This document shows, piece after piece, positions 19,756 to 30,555 of a stretch of 45,545 bases of DNA (within the stretch, counting starts at the first letter, position 1; each line of letters begins with the position of its first letter). The notes below the pieces were generated by a model. That model searched no databases. It had not been told where the DNA came from and saw only the letters and a program-made list of their open reading frames with translations. Location of the stretch: assembly GCA_039179045.1 (NCBI GenBank), contig JBCDEZ010000004.1, forward strand, positions 1-45,545, given 5' to 3'. A program made the position numbers and the translations under genes. The DNA is from Chlamydiota bacterium. Lineage in GTDB: Bacteria > Chlamydiota > Chlamydiia > Chlamydiales > SM23-39.

Positions 19756-20528
19756 GTGCCACAGCGCCTTTTTCTACGTTGAAAGCCACGGATTGCTTGC
19801 AGAAAATCCTTCTCAGAGATATCAGGCCAAAGAGGATCGAGAACTACGATTTCTGCATACGAACTTTGCCAAGGGAAAAAGTTGCTCAAACGGCACTCAC
19901 CCGCAGTTCGGATAACCAGATCTGGATCGGCCATACCTGCCGTGTCTAAGTAGCTTGCGAAACGCTCTTCGCTTATATTCTCTAACTGGAAGACTCCTGC
20001 TTGTAGATCGGAAAACATTTTTTGCGTTGCCCGCAAAAGCTCGTTGCGCCCTCCATAATTGATAGCAATCACGAATGTGAGGTTTTCCCCCTCTTTTGTC
20101 GCCTCTTGGACTTCGATAAAAGCGTCCTGCACTGTTTGAGGGAGCATCTCTAAGTCGCCAATACTTTTGAGGCGCACACCTTCTGCGACCATGGTCGACT
20201 TTTCTTTATGCAGGTAAAAAGCAAACAGATCCATCAAAGCCCGCACTTCAGAAAGAGGGCGCCTCCAATTCTCCGTGGAAAAAGAAAAAGCAGTCAACCA
20301 CTTGATTCCTAAAGAGGTGGAGAAACGGACAATTCGAGTCAATGTCTCTGCTCCTTGGTGGTACCCCTCAATCAAATTTTTCCCATGATTTTTTGCCCAT
20401 CTCCGATTTCCATCCATGATCAGCGCCACATGTTCAGGAATAGGATCAACAGAAGAGGAGGGATTCATTGTTTGGGGGTCGTTTTGCATAGAAAAACGGC
20501 TAGATGCTGGGCAGGTCTCAAAACTCAT
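19752..20528 (-). CDS. uppS: Undecaprenyl diphosphate synthase (start uncertain)
   Basis: HVALIMDGNRRWA, FSTENWRRP, NYGGR, IRTAGECRLSNF. Confidence 0.95.
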   Translation of the reverse strand: MSFETCPASSRFSMQNDPQTMNPSSSVDPIPEHVALIMDGNRRWAKNHGKNLIEGYHQGAETLTRIVRFSTSLGIKWLTAFSFSTENWRRPLSEVRALMDLFAFYLHKEKSTMVAEGVRLKSIGDLEMLPQTVQDAFIEVQEATKEGENLTFVIAINYGGRNELLRATQKMFSDLQAGVFQLENISEERFASYLDTAGMADPDLVIRTAGECRLSNFFPWQSSYAEIVVLDPLWPDISEKDFLQAIRGFQRRKRRCGT

Positions 20529-20704
20529 TCAACATGGAAGGTGGTGGTATAGAAAACAGCGCGCCAAAATCATCTCATGATCAGCATATGCTGTTCTAAC
20601 ATTGTAGGCAAAAAAAAATGGCCAGCTCGAGAATTTTGGTAGACGAAATCGGAATTTTCGATTACGATTGTGAAAGAATATGTGCTGTAAAATCAAGAGA
20701 TTGA

Positions 20705-23700
20705 ATGGGAAAAGTAAAAAAAGCTCACATTTTTTGCATACTCTTTGTGGCCATGGTCACGATTTACAATATTCTTCCCACTCTTTTTTACTATTTGCAG
20801 CCTTTGCAAGAACCGATCAACGAAAAAAGAGCCCTCGCAATCCAAGAAGAAATTGCTGCGAGAATCGAGGAGATCGATGAGGCAACGCAAAGCTGGATCA
20901 TACGCTTTTGCTCTGCCTTGTCCCTCTCACCAATATCGATCGAGCAAGACCCCCTTTTCCCCACGAAGATTCAGATCACTTTTTCAAAAGAGGCGGATGT
21001 CGACCTATTTCGGCTCCATTTCCCCCGCGCTAATGCAGAAATTGTGCATGCTAGCTCCTCTTTGCTCTTGCGTCCGCAAAAAGAGCTAGAACCGAAGAAA
21101 GTCGTTGTCGAGCGCGCTTTTGCCTCCTTCCCAGACAACCTCTCTTCCCACCTCACGTTCTCCTGGAAAAGAGCGACTGAGAAGGGAAAGGAGCCTACTT
21201 TGTACCAGAAAATTCTTCTCGATCGAATGGAGAATATGGTGCAAGCAAATTATGAAATCCCTTATAGCGGCCCCCTCTCCACGGTTCGTGCAAACAGCGC
21301 ACCCAGAAAAAACGTAGCCCTCTTCTCTTCCATTGCTCTTTCCATAGACGAGTATAGCAAAGCATTTGGAAAGAACTCTCCCATCACAAAGAGATACCTC
21401 CAAAAACTCCGCTCCTCATCTCCCTCGCATCAAGGGGTATCCCTTGAAAAAGCACTGACCGCTTTAGAAAAGCGTCTCACCACTTCTCTCCAAGAGCTCA
21501 AGGGGGTTGAAGGCCCCAACCGGAAAAAATCCCAAGAGATCTTGCAAGCTCTGCACGCATCGGTTGATCTACTCAAAACGCATCCCAAGCAGATCGACTC
21601 AATAGAGCCTTTAAATACAATTCCTTCTTTAGAAAACTCCCCTCTCAACTCCTCTGCTCACACCCTCCTTTTCGATCCCTTCCACCCCTTTTTCCGTTCG
21701 ATAGAACTCTCTTGGGAGGATGAGACCTTGACCTTGTTCGTGCAGGAAGACGTGCGCCCTTTTTTGGAGGAGAGGCGAGAAGACAAGCTCTTCGGCAATC
21801 GGATATTGATGGAAGAAATCCGGCGGATCGTACAGGTCCCGATCGATAGCATCAAAACCGTAGCAGGTGGCTTCCAGCTCTCTTTGTCTGCTTTAGAAGA
21901 CAGCAGAAGCATACTTGCTTTGGATCTTTGGAAAATTGCAGACCAAGAACTCTCTCTTTTAGAAGATGCGCTGCAAGATTGGCACCCCACACATCCCGAA
22001 CTACAAAAGGATTTGTTTCCCCTCATCAGAGGGGAGGACTTCACCATGCAATCTCCGTCAACCCACCGTTTAGGAATCTTGCTCGTCCATCCACGCAAGA
22101 CATCCTTTTATCCTGCGCTATCTCCTTCGATTTACGTGATTGTCCGAGGACTTACTCCCCTTTTGGAGAAGTACAAAGATCTTGGATCTTCTCCAGAGGC
22201 GCGCGCGCTTTATCAAGACCTTACTGCTCTGCAGTCTCTTTTGCAAGAAAGGGGCTTTGTCGGATATCCCGGGGAAAAGCTCCCTCAATCGGTTCCCTTT
22301 TCAAACGACTTCGTTTTTGAAAAGGCGCGCTACTTTCAATCTTTTCTAACAGCTACCGCCGAAAAATTTCAAGTCGATTCGACCAAAAGGTACGCTCTTT
22401 TAGAACTCAAAAATGTAGCTCACAGACTTAGAATACGTAACCAGATTGACACAGAAGCACAAGAGCGTCTCATCCAGGAAAAAGACCTCTACAACAAAGC
22501 GCAAGTCTCCTTAAATCCCGAGAAAAAAAGTCTCGCTCTACCTCCAAGAAAACAGGTTTTTTGGAGCAATTGCAAACTTAGCTGGGCAAAGTACTTCCGC
22601 GGAGACGAAAGGAAGGTTCTTCGCTGGGGAGTCGATCTTTGTGGAGGGAAAGCGGTTACGCTTTCTTTGCATACTCCAGAAGGAGAACAGGTTGTCGATC
22701 CAGAAAAACTCGATAAAAGCATGCGTGAGCTCGAGCATAGGATCAATCGGTTAGGCGTTGCTGAAACGACGATCCGAAGGGAGGGGAGTCACCTCGTTAT
22801 CGACTTTCCAGGATCGCAAGACCTCTCAGCAAAGGAGCTCATCCAAGGCTCTTCGATGTTTTTCCACGTACTCAATGAGCAGTTTTCTAACAGGAATCTG
22901 CAGTTGCAAGAGCCTGTTTCCCGATTCTTGCAAGAGATTTGGAATGAGGCGCTTTTGAATAGCAAAAAGGATTCTCTCTCTTTGCAAAGGATCGCGTGCA
23001 GCCAACTTTACGGAGACTTGCTCGATCCCAACAATCCCTCGCCTAGATCCCCTTCTGCAAAACTGCTCTACGATCAAGGACTGCGGCTTGCTCTTCCAGG
23101 AGCTGCGGCAAATGGAGCCTACGATACCCATTTATCGAAGATTGCCCTCTATCGGCAGGGAGTGCCTCTCCCCGGAGGAAAAAGTGCCGCTCCTCTTTGC
23201 ATTGTTTTCCACAATCATGCGCTGGAAGGCACACATTTGACGCAAATCCAACCTTCGCACGACTCTGCTCGAGGAAACGTTCTCCGTTTTTCTGTAAAAC
23301 GGCGATGCCAAGATGAGGAAGGCTTCTGGATCTCGCCGCAGGAACAACTCTTTTCTTGGACTTCACAATTCGCAAAGGGCTGTGTGCTAGGTACCCCTTT
23401 TGAAGAGTATACAAGAGGATCGGGCTATCGGATGTGTGTTCTTTTGAACGGGACGGTAATCAGTTCGCCCACGCTCGATGCACCCATCCGGGAAGAGGCC
23501 ATCATCTCGGGAGACTTTTCTCAAAAAGAGATCACCAATCTTGCAAAGGATCTACAAGCCGGCTCTTTATCCTACGCTCCTAAAATCATTTCAGAGACAA
23601 ACATCAGCGCAGAGCTCGGCACTTACGAAAGAAGGCAAGGCCTGACTGCGGTCGGAGTGGCTCTTGTTTTGGTGATTCTAGCGATGGTGGGCTACTACCG

Positions 23701-25114
23701 CCTTGCTGGCTGCATTGCAGCTGTAGCTGTGCTTTTCAATCTTCTCATCATTTGGGCTGCCCTACAAATGATCCAAGCTACCCTCACTCTTGCTGGCATA
23801 GCAGGAATTATTCTCACTCTTGGAATGGCTGTAGATGCCAACGTACTGGTTTTCGAAAGGATTCGAGAGGAATTACGCGCCGGCAGGAGCCTGCCTGCTG
23901 CTGTGCAGGCAGGCTATAAGCGCGCGTTTACAGCGATATTCGATGCGAACCTAACCACGATTATAGCGGGCTTTATTTTGCTGAGCTTCGATTCCGGGCC
24001 GATGAAGGCCTTCGCGATCACACTGATCATAGGGATCGCCTCTTCAATGTTCTCTTCTCTTTTCATGACGCGTGTTTTTTTCACATGGTGGGCTGGGAGA
24101 AGATCGCGCTCGCTAAAAATGTTGGACATGATTGGCAGATTGGCGCCCAATTTTTTGCATCGGTCCCGCCAAGTTGTGGGGTTCAGCATCTCGCTGATTG
24201 TGCTCGGCTCTATTGCACTTGCTTTGCAGGGCAGCTCGATTGTGGGTATGGAGTTTACAGGAGGGCACGTAGCACATTTGGAATTTGTCCCTGATAGGAA
24301 CATCTGCTACCGAGATGCTTTAGGAAAAGCGCTCGCAAGCCAGGGAGCCACGCCGACAGACTTTCAAATCCGTTCGTTGCAAGATAACCATCATGTACGA
24401 GTCTGTTTGCGACCTCAGATAAGCGAGATGGCCCAAGCACTCTCTCCCAACCTTCAGACTGCGTCTTCTTTAGGGCAATCTCCCGAACTCTCCTGGCTTA
24501 TAAGCGCTCTTGAAAGCACCTCTCTTCATTTGAATCCAGCCACTCTCCCCTTTTTGCAAGATTCATTTTCCTCAATGAGTCCACAATTTTCACAGCACGT
24601 GCAGCAGCAAGCGATCCTAGCACTTCTACTCGCTTTCTTAGGGATTTTCCTCTACCTCGCATTCCGATTCACACGATCTTACGCACTCAGCGCTCTTCTT
24701 TGTTTGATTCACGATGTCGCCATTTCCCTCGGTTTCATCGCACTTGCTCGCTACCTCGGCATGCCGTTGCAACTCGATCTACACGCGGTGGCCGCCCTTT
24801 TGACTATCGTTGGCTATTCGCTCAATGATACCATTGTTGTGTTCGATAGAATTCGGGAAATACAGCGAAAAAATCGCACATCCTCTTTCCCAGATCTCGT
24901 CGAAAAAGCGATTCGAGATACCCTCTCTCGCACCGTTATGACCTCTTTCACCACGCTCCTTCCTCTGCTGGCTCTCCTTTTTCTGGGTGGAGCGACCATC
25001 TTCAACTTTGCCTTCATCATGGCAGTGGGAGTCATTTTTGGTACTATCTCCTCGCTATTCATCGCAGGCCCTTTGCTGCTTTTCTTCGAAAAGAAACAAT
25101 ACGGAGCGTCCTAG
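20705..25114 (+). CDS. secDF: Protein translocase SecDF, long chlamydial form
   Basis: GVDLCGG, GMAVDANVLVFERIREE, DANLTT, GMEFTGG, GYSLNDTIVVFDRIRE; long N-terminal extension as in chlamydial SecDF. Confidence 0.95.
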   Translation: MGKVKKAHIFCILFVAMVTIYNILPTLFYYLQPLQEPINEKRALAIQEEIAARIEEIDEATQSWIIRFCSALSLSPISIEQDPLFPTKIQITFSKEADVDLFRLHFPRANAEIVHASSSLLLRPQKELEPKKVVVERAFASFPDNLSSHLTFSWKRATEKGKEPTLYQKILLDRMENMVQANYEIPYSGPLSTVRANSAPRKNVALFSSIALSIDEYSKAFGKNSPITKRYLQKLRSSSPSHQGVSLEKALTALEKRLTTSLQELKGVEGPNRKKSQEILQALHASVDLLKTHPKQIDSIEPLNTIPSLENSPLNSSAHTLLFDPFHPFFRSIELSWEDETLTLFVQEDVRPFLEERREDKLFGNRILMEEIRRIVQVPIDSIKTVAGGFQLSLSALEDSRSILALDLWKIADQELSLLEDALQDWHPTHPELQKDLFPLIRGEDFTMQSPSTHRLGILLVHPRKTSFYPALSPSIYVIVRGLTPLLEKYKDLGSSPEARALYQDLTALQSLLQERGFVGYPGEKLPQSVPFSNDFVFEKARYFQSFLTATAEKFQVDSTKRYALLELKNVAHRLRIRNQIDTEAQERLIQEKDLYNKAQVSLNPEKKSLALPPRKQVFWSNCKLSWAKYFRGDERKVLRWGVDLCGGKAVTLSLHTPEGEQVVDPEKLDKSMRELEHRINRLGVAETTIRREGSHLVIDFPGSQDLSAKELIQGSSMFFHVLNEQFSNRNLQLQEPVSRFLQEIWNEALLNSKKDSLSLQRIACSQLYGDLLDPNNPSPRSPSAKLLYDQGLRLALPGAAANGAYDTHLSKIALYRQGVPLPGGKSAAPLCIVFHNHALEGTHLTQIQPSHDSARGNVLRFSVKRRCQDEEGFWISPQEQLFSWTSQFAKGCVLGTPFEEYTRGSGYRMCVLLNGTVISSPTLDAPIREEAIISGDFSQKEITNLAKDLQAGSLSYAPKIISETNISAELGTYERRQGLTAVGVALVLVILAMVGYYRLAGCIAAVAVLFNLLIIWAALQMIQATLTLAGIAGIILTLGMAVDANVLVFERIREELRAGRSLPAAVQAGYKRAFTAIFDANLTTIIAGFILLSFDSGPMKAFAITLIIGIASSMFSSLFMTRVFFTWWAGRRSRSLKMLDMIGRLAPNFLHRSRQVVGFSISLIVLGSIALALQGSSIVGMEFTGGHVAHLEFVPDRNICYRDALGKALASQGATPTDFQIRSLQDNHHVRVCLRPQISEMAQALSPNLQTASSLGQSPELSWLISALESTSLHLNPATLPFLQDSFSSMSPQFSQHVQQQAILALLLAFLGIFLYLAFRFTRSYALSALLCLIHDVAISLGFIALARYLGMPLQLDLHAVAALLTIVGYSLNDTIVVFDRIREIQRKNRTSSFPDLVEKAIRDTLSRTVMTSFTTLLPLLALLFLGGATIFNFAFIMAVGVIFGTISSLFIAGPLLLFFEKKQYGAS

Positions 25115-25429
25115 ACAGGATCTATACCTATTTCATTTGAAAAATTGAAATTGGGTTAAGTGAAAAAATAGAGATGGGAGCTGTTTGTGATTCGTTTCTT
25201 CAGTTCGTGGAAAAGCTCCGAGCTGGACGAGGGTGGCCCCTCCCAAAATTCCAAGTGTTTGTTTCGGGAAAATTTCCTTACACAATTCTTCAATCAAGAT
25301 AGCTATAGATAGTTTGACCCTTTAGGGATACCTCAAAATTGGAGAGATCTCATATTCCCCTGGATACTATCGTAGTACGAGGTCCTACCTACAAGTGGAG
25401 CTTGTACAGTCTCTGAAAAGAAGCAGTAA

Positions 25430-25713
25430 AATTGTGCATGGCCAAAAAGCACCTGCAAAGGTATAAGTTGAACGCGATCTACGTCTTGCTTGGAATCGGA
25501 AAAACAGTACTCAGCCAACTGGGAAAAGGTCTACCAAAACCAAGCTTGCAATGGATTTTTCAAATATTTGAGGGCTCCGTGCTCTATTCAAGAAGACCAA
25601 ATCCTAGATACGGAGGTTGTTTTGTAACTCAATACTATTCAACGCCACACACTTGCAATTTCGGTTCTGCCCTTCGGAAAAATCTGTAAATCAACATGAA
25701 AGGGTGTGGAATG
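25430..25713 (+). pseudogene. Degraded IS1634-family transposase 3' region, relic 4
   Basis: GKTVLSQLGKGLPKPSLQWIFQIFEG. Bases 25631-25713 align with 362-443 and end in GGGTGTGGAATG. Confidence 0.7.
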
Positions 25714-26009
25714 AACATAGCTATGAATAGATGCGTCATAGCATAAAATGCGTGCAGGACACACAGTTTTCGAAATATTTGGTAAGTAGCGAAAGTTCAT
25801 CGCATAACAACCGGAAAAAACGGGGATAAGCTCCATACAAGGCACGAAAATACCAAGAAAAGTTTTGAAAAAGATGCTTGCTTGTACCTTTTAGAAAAAA
25901 CTTCTTCTAGCAATTTTTTCTGGAAGACATTTGCTAAAATAGTGCCCTTGGAGTACTTTGATGTGGGGCGCTTGTAGGACAGATAGCTCCCCTTAGTTAG
26001 GCGAAGCGT

Positions 26010-27719
26010 ATGTCAGAGAGCGCAGAAAATTTTTGGGTATACCCTGAAAATCACCCTGTTCTGCTCCAAAAAATCATCAGAGAATTTCATATCCACCCTG
26101 TCACAGCCCAGCTCTTGCTATCGAGGGGATTCGTTCAGATGGAAGAAATTCACGCTTTTTTGTACGCAAAGCTCCCCCAATTGCACCCCCCCAGTTTGTT
26201 GCCTGATATCGACAAAGCGGTGAAAAGAATTCTCGAGGCTTTGAAGGGACGGGAAACTGTATTGGTGTATGCAGATAATGACGTCGACGGGATGAGTGGA
26301 GCTGCGCTACTCAGCAATTTCCTAGAGAAAATCGGAATATCTGTTATCTACCACATCCCCAACCAGCATTGCCTCGAAAAGCACCCGGTAGAAGAGGCTT
26401 TTGCCTTTGCAAAAGCGCGGGGATGCTCTTTGATCATTACCGTCGATTGCAGCCTCAGCCATCCCGAGGGCTCTTTTGGTCCCGATTTGATCATTACAGA
26501 TCATCATGAACCTACAAAATTTCCCACAAGGGCACTAGCCGAACTCAATCCCAAACTGATCGAAAGCACTTACCCCAACATTAACCTAACTGGCGTAGGC
26601 GTTGCTTTCAAATTTGCACACGCTATCCTCAACGCTCTTACAGATTTAGGTGCTCTTTTTTCCAACCGAATTGACCTGAAAGAATTTCTGGATTTTGTTG
26701 CTTTGGGCACCATTGCAGATATGGGACCCCTTTTAGAAGAGAATAGGATCCTTGTCCGCTACGGGTTGGAATTACTCAAGCAAAGCCCTCGGATAGGTCT
26801 CCGCAGGCTGTTTGAAGAGACGCGCCTTGATATGCAGGAACTGTCCCCTATGGATATTTCCTTGAAAATTGCGCCGAAGCTCAATAGTTTGGGAAGAATT
26901 GCCTATCCAGAAAAGGGCGTCCAGTTGCTTTTAACAACAGATCCAAAAGAAGCAGAGGCCCTGGTAGAAGAGATCCACCGATCCAATACACAACGGCAAA
27001 AAATGGAGAAAAAGATCACAGAAGATGTGGAAGCACTTCTGGAAAAAGAGCCACAAATACTCGAAGAAAAAGCGATTGTGCTCTGCTCGCAGCGTTGGCA
27101 CCCTGGCATCATTCCCATCATCGCCTCGAAAATCGCTCGAAAGTACAACCGACCTACTATGGTAATCAGCTTGAAAAAAGGGTGGGGGAAAGGCTCAGTC
27201 CGAACAATCGAAAAATTTCCTATTATGCCTGTGTTGAAAAAGCATGGACACCTGTTCCAAAACTTTGGAGGACATGACTTTGCAGCAGGCTTCACGATTG
27301 AGGAAAAACAAATTGCTCGATTGCACGAATATTTTGTGGAAGAGGCTAATAAAGCTCTTGGGAAGGAAGACCTTTTGAAAAAAATCTACCTCGACTCGCG
27401 CATTGACTTCGAAGACATCACGTTCGATTTTATGGAATCGATCAACCTCCTCAAGCCTTTTGGACATGCGAATAGAGAACCGCTTTTCTATACACAAGTG
27501 GTGCAATATCGCCCTCCAAAGATCATTGGGAAAACAACGCACATCAAAATGTACCTAGAGCAAAAAAAGCACAGACTGGAAGGTATTGGTTTTTTCATGG
27601 CAACAAGAAAGGAGGCTCTTCAAAGAAAAAAAGAGCCCTTTACAATTGTATTCACGCCAAAAATCAACCAATTTTACAACAAACCAATGATTCAGTTGCA
27701 CGTACGGGACTTCTCCTAA
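26010..27719 (+). CDS. recJ: ssDNA exonuclease RecJ
   Basis: DNDVDG, TVDC, TDHH, LGTIAD, GGH..AAGF, PFG. Confidence 0.95.
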   Translation: MSESAENFWVYPENHPVLLQKIIREFHIHPVTAQLLLSRGFVQMEEIHAFLYAKLPQLHPPSLLPDIDKAVKRILEALKGRETVLVYADNDVDGMSGAALLSNFLEKIGISVIYHIPNQHCLEKHPVEEAFAFAKARGCSLIITVDCSLSHPEGSFGPDLIITDHHEPTKFPTRALAELNPKLIESTYPNINLTGVGVAFKFAHAILNALTDLGALFSNRIDLKEFLDFVALGTIADMGPLLEENRILVRYGLELLKQSPRIGLRRLFEETRLDMQELSPMDISLKIAPKLNSLGRIAYPEKGVQLLLTTDPKEAEALVEEIHRSNTQRQKMEKKITEDVEALLEKEPQILEEKAIVLCSQRWHPGIIPIIASKIARKYNRPTMVISLKKGWGKGSVRTIEKFPIMPVLKKHGHLFQNFGGHDFAAGFTIEEKQIARLHEYFVEEANKALGKEDLLKKIYLDSRIDFEDITFDFMESINLLKPFGHANREPLFYTQVVQYRPPKIIGKTTHIKMYLEQKKHRLEGIGFFMATRKEALQRKKEPFTIVFTPKINQFYNKPMIQLHVRDFS

Positions 27720-27732
27720 AACTAGAAAAGTC

Positions 27733-28194
27733 TCAACCCACTTCTTGCTCAGAAGAAGTTTTTTGCAAGTACTCTGTCTTGTAGGATGCAATGTCGTCAG
27801 TATGGATCACCCAAGCAGCGCCTTTCCTGTGCGCTTTTAGATGGCCAATTCTTGTAGCATAGTAGATCTTTTGCGCCGGAACGTTCAGCATTTCTGCTGC
27901 CTGATTGACCGAATAGTACCCCTTTGCATTGTCAAAGAGAAGTTCCCCGTCAAACGTCGATTTCGCACGCGAATACTTGTTGTTTCTGTATTCGTAAAGA
28001 TCATCCAGGTGGATGGCCCATCTAGTTGAGTCTTTCGTAGCGCGCAATTTTTTTTGTTTGATCGCTACGTAAATTGCTTGACGCGTAACATTGTTGATTT
28101 GCGCTGCCTCTGTGATCGAAACCAACTTGTTCTCTGGTTTCGGATCATCAGCAACGAGCGCTTCTTGCGATTGATCCCAATGGTCTTCTAGCAT
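27733..28194 (-). CDS. euo: Chlamydial late-gene repressor EUO
   Basis: VSITEAA...VTRQAIYVAIKQKKLRA, KYSR.KS...GELLFDN.KGYYS, QKIYYATR, RKGAAWVIH. Next to recJ as in Chlamydia. Confidence 0.93.
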   Translation of the reverse strand: MLEDHWDQSQEALVADDPKPENKLVSITEAAQINNVTRQAIYVAIKQKKLRATKDSTRWAIHLDDLYEYRNNKYSRAKSTFDGELLFDNAKGYYSVNQAAEMLNVPAQKIYYATRIGHLKAHRKGAAWVIHTDDIASYKTEYLQKTSSEQEVG

Positions 28195-28414
28195 GGTTTT
28201 TTCCTTATTTTCGGTTTTTAAACAGTAAAATAATTACTAAAACACAAGTAACCTTATCTCTATTTTCAATAAGATTAATATATGTTGAATAATGATTATT
28301 ACATAATAATCGCTTGAAATCAAGTGAATTCGTTCCGTTTTTTCTAAAAAATTTATTTTCCTTATAAATCCCAATTCACTCAAAATGAATGGTTTGCAAA
28401 AACATGCTTTTCTT

Positions 28415-28443
28415 TTGGATCAAAAAAAGGAATCGCGTATAGT
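28415..28443 (+). promoter_or_regulatory. Putative sigma66 promoter for tsp
   Basis: TTGGAT-17 nt-TATAGT, about 30 bp upstream of the ATG at 28475. Confidence 0.5.
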
Positions 28444-28474
28444 GAAATTTATCAGTCTTGATCTCACTCTTTGC

Positions 28475-30430
28475 ATGAGAAAATACCTTTTTTTACTCAT
28501 TTATGTTTGCCCTGCACTCTTTGCCAAGCTGCCTCACCTGACACACAGACAGGTCCGAGAACACATGCACCAGATTTTGCAGATGCACGTTTGTGAAAAC
28601 AAAATCGACGCCAGGTTAGCTCAAAGAATTGTCCGCGTCTTTTTGGAGACGATCGACCCGAAAAGGATCTATTTCACCAAGGAAGATCTACACCCTTTTT
28701 TAGAGCTAACTCCCGAGCAAATAGAAGAACTGACCCGCAACTTTCGGTATGGGAAATACCCACTGTTCTACTCAATCCGGGAGGCTTTTGCAAAAGCAAT
28801 TTTGCAAAACCGCCAACTTGTAGCAAAGATAGAAACCGACCGTTTGCTAGAGGACCCTCCTCGCATTGACGAAAAAGGTCTCGAGTGGCCGAACAGCGAA
28901 AAAGAAAAACAAGAGCACTTGTTACTGATCCAATCTTGGCAAGCCAAAATTGGCAAAGCGCTCTACAAAGACGGGAGCACCTTATACCAAGAATTGCTAC
29001 AAAAACAGGCAACCATTCGGGAAAATCGTGCGCTTTCTACCGAAAAACAGGTGCAACAAGACTGGGTGCTGACGCATCTTCTAAAAGCTTTTTGCTGCTC
29101 GTTAGATACAAACACAAGTTACTTTACACCAAGAGAGGCTCTCCAATTCATGGCTCTATTCCAGCAACGCTTCTTTGGAATTGGAGCGCACCTCAAAGAC
29201 ACGCTCGAAGGCTTTGCAATTGTCCGCCTGCTTGAAGGGGGTCCTGCTCATCTCTCGGGCAAAATCAACAACGAAGACCGGATCGTAGCAGTTGACGGAG
29301 AGCCTGTTGTGGGTTGTAGCTTGTTTGACGTCGTAGAAAAAATTCAAGGAGAAAACGGCACATCTGTACACCTGACCCTGCTTCGAGATGCGATAGAAAA
29401 TAACTCGAAAGAACCACCGCAAAAAATCGAGATCGAACTGATCCGAGGAGAGGTGCTCTTGGAAGAGAAAAAAACGCAAATGCATCTCGAACCATTTTCT
29501 GATGGGCACATCGCATGCATCGATCTCGCCTCTTTTTACGAAGAAGGGGAGCACTCCAGCGAAAGGGATGTCAGACAGGCGCTAGAACTTGCAAAAAGCG
29601 CAGGAGAAGTGAAAGGCGTGATCCTGGATTTACGCAACAATGCTGGAGGGTTGCTACAGCAGGCTGTGAAAGTAACAGGGCTCTTTATGGGCAACGGAAT
29701 CGTTGTTTCCATGAAAGATAACCAGGGGCGCTTACACCACTCGAGATCTACAACGGGAAAGGCATTTTGGGAAGGGCCACTCATCGTCTTGACCAATCGA
29801 GCCTCTGCTTCGGGCGCAGAAATTGTTGCGGGAGCTTTGCAAGATTATGGGATAGCGCTTTTGGTAGGAGACGCGACGACCTATGGTAAAGGAACCGTGC
29901 AAACTGTGACTTTGGATGCAAAAGCGCAGGGCAAAGTGCGCGAGAAAGGGGAGTTTCGCGTAACAAGAGGTGTCTACTACACGGTTTCAGGAAAAAGCCC
30001 TCAGCTTAACGGAGTAGAGCCTGATATTTTCATGCCAGGACCTTTGAACAATTTGGACGTGGGAGAGCGGTTTAGTCGGTTCCCCATCGAAAACGATGCC
30101 ATAGCCCCTCATTTTACGGACGATTTGGGAGACTTTCCCTTCTGGGAAAAGAAACAACTTCTCCCAGAATACCGCAAACACCAACAAAACATCTCCTCGA
30201 TCTATGTTCCTTACAAGGCAATTTTGCAAGAAAATGTGGACAAAAGGAGAAAAAAAAGAGCCGAGCAGCGGGAAGAGGCGGAAAAAAGCAGAGAAGAGCT
30301 CTACGGGGAAAAAAGTCTTGGGCTTTTTTTCGATCTCGACGTGCAGCGAGATGAATGCTTCACGATCATGAAAGATCTTCTTTTTCTTTTGTTGGAAAAC
30401 CATTTCGAAAAGGAAGGCGCTCCCTCTTAG
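28475..30430 (+). CDS. tsp: Tail-specific (carboxyl-terminal processing) protease, S41 family
   Basis: Signal peptide MRKYLFLLIYVCPALFA, PDZ (FGIGA...GGPA), DLRNNAGG, SASGAEIVAGALQDY, TYGKGTVQ. Confidence 0.92.
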   Translation: MRKYLFLLIYVCPALFAKLPHLTHRQVREHMHQILQMHVCENKIDARLAQRIVRVFLETIDPKRIYFTKEDLHPFLELTPEQIEELTRNFRYGKYPLFYSIREAFAKAILQNRQLVAKIETDRLLEDPPRIDEKGLEWPNSEKEKQEHLLLIQSWQAKIGKALYKDGSTLYQELLQKQATIRENRALSTEKQVQQDWVLTHLLKAFCCSLDTNTSYFTPREALQFMALFQQRFFGIGAHLKDTLEGFAIVRLLEGGPAHLSGKINNEDRIVAVDGEPVVGCSLFDVVEKIQGENGTSVHLTLLRDAIENNSKEPPQKIEIELIRGEVLLEEKKTQMHLEPFSDGHIACIDLASFYEEGEHSSERDVRQALELAKSAGEVKGVILDLRNNAGGLLQQAVKVTGLFMGNGIVVSMKDNQGRLHHSRSTTGKAFWEGPLIVLTNRASASGAEIVAGALQDYGIALLVGDATTYGKGTVQTVTLDAKAQGKVREKGEFRVTRGVYYTVSGKSPQLNGVEPDIFMPGPLNNLDVGERFSRFPIENDAIAPHFTDDLGDFPFWEKKQLLPEYRKHQQNISSIYVPYKAILQENVDKRRKKRAEQREEAEKSREELYGEKSLGLFFDLDVQRDECFTIMKDLLFLLLENHFEKEGAPS

Positions 30431-30452
30431 ATACTCTCGAAAAAAGTCGATG

Positions 30453-30490
30453 AGCCCCTTCCATGCTTTATCCAGCATGGAAGGGGCTTT
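30453..30490 (+). terminator. Strong hairpin / probable terminator after tsp
   Basis: Perfect 15-bp stem AGCCCCTTCCATGCT / AGCATGGAAGGGGCT with a 6-nt loop and only a short T tail. Confidence 0.6.
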
Positions 30491-30555
30491 GATGCGCATC
30501 TTGTAGGATGCATAAGAGGATTGCTTCTTAAGAGAAAAACGGGCAAAATTTCAGT

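Noticed and set aside
20705..22620. The very long N-terminal extension of SecDF as a novel fusion
   Set aside because: Chlamydial SecDF is known to be this long.
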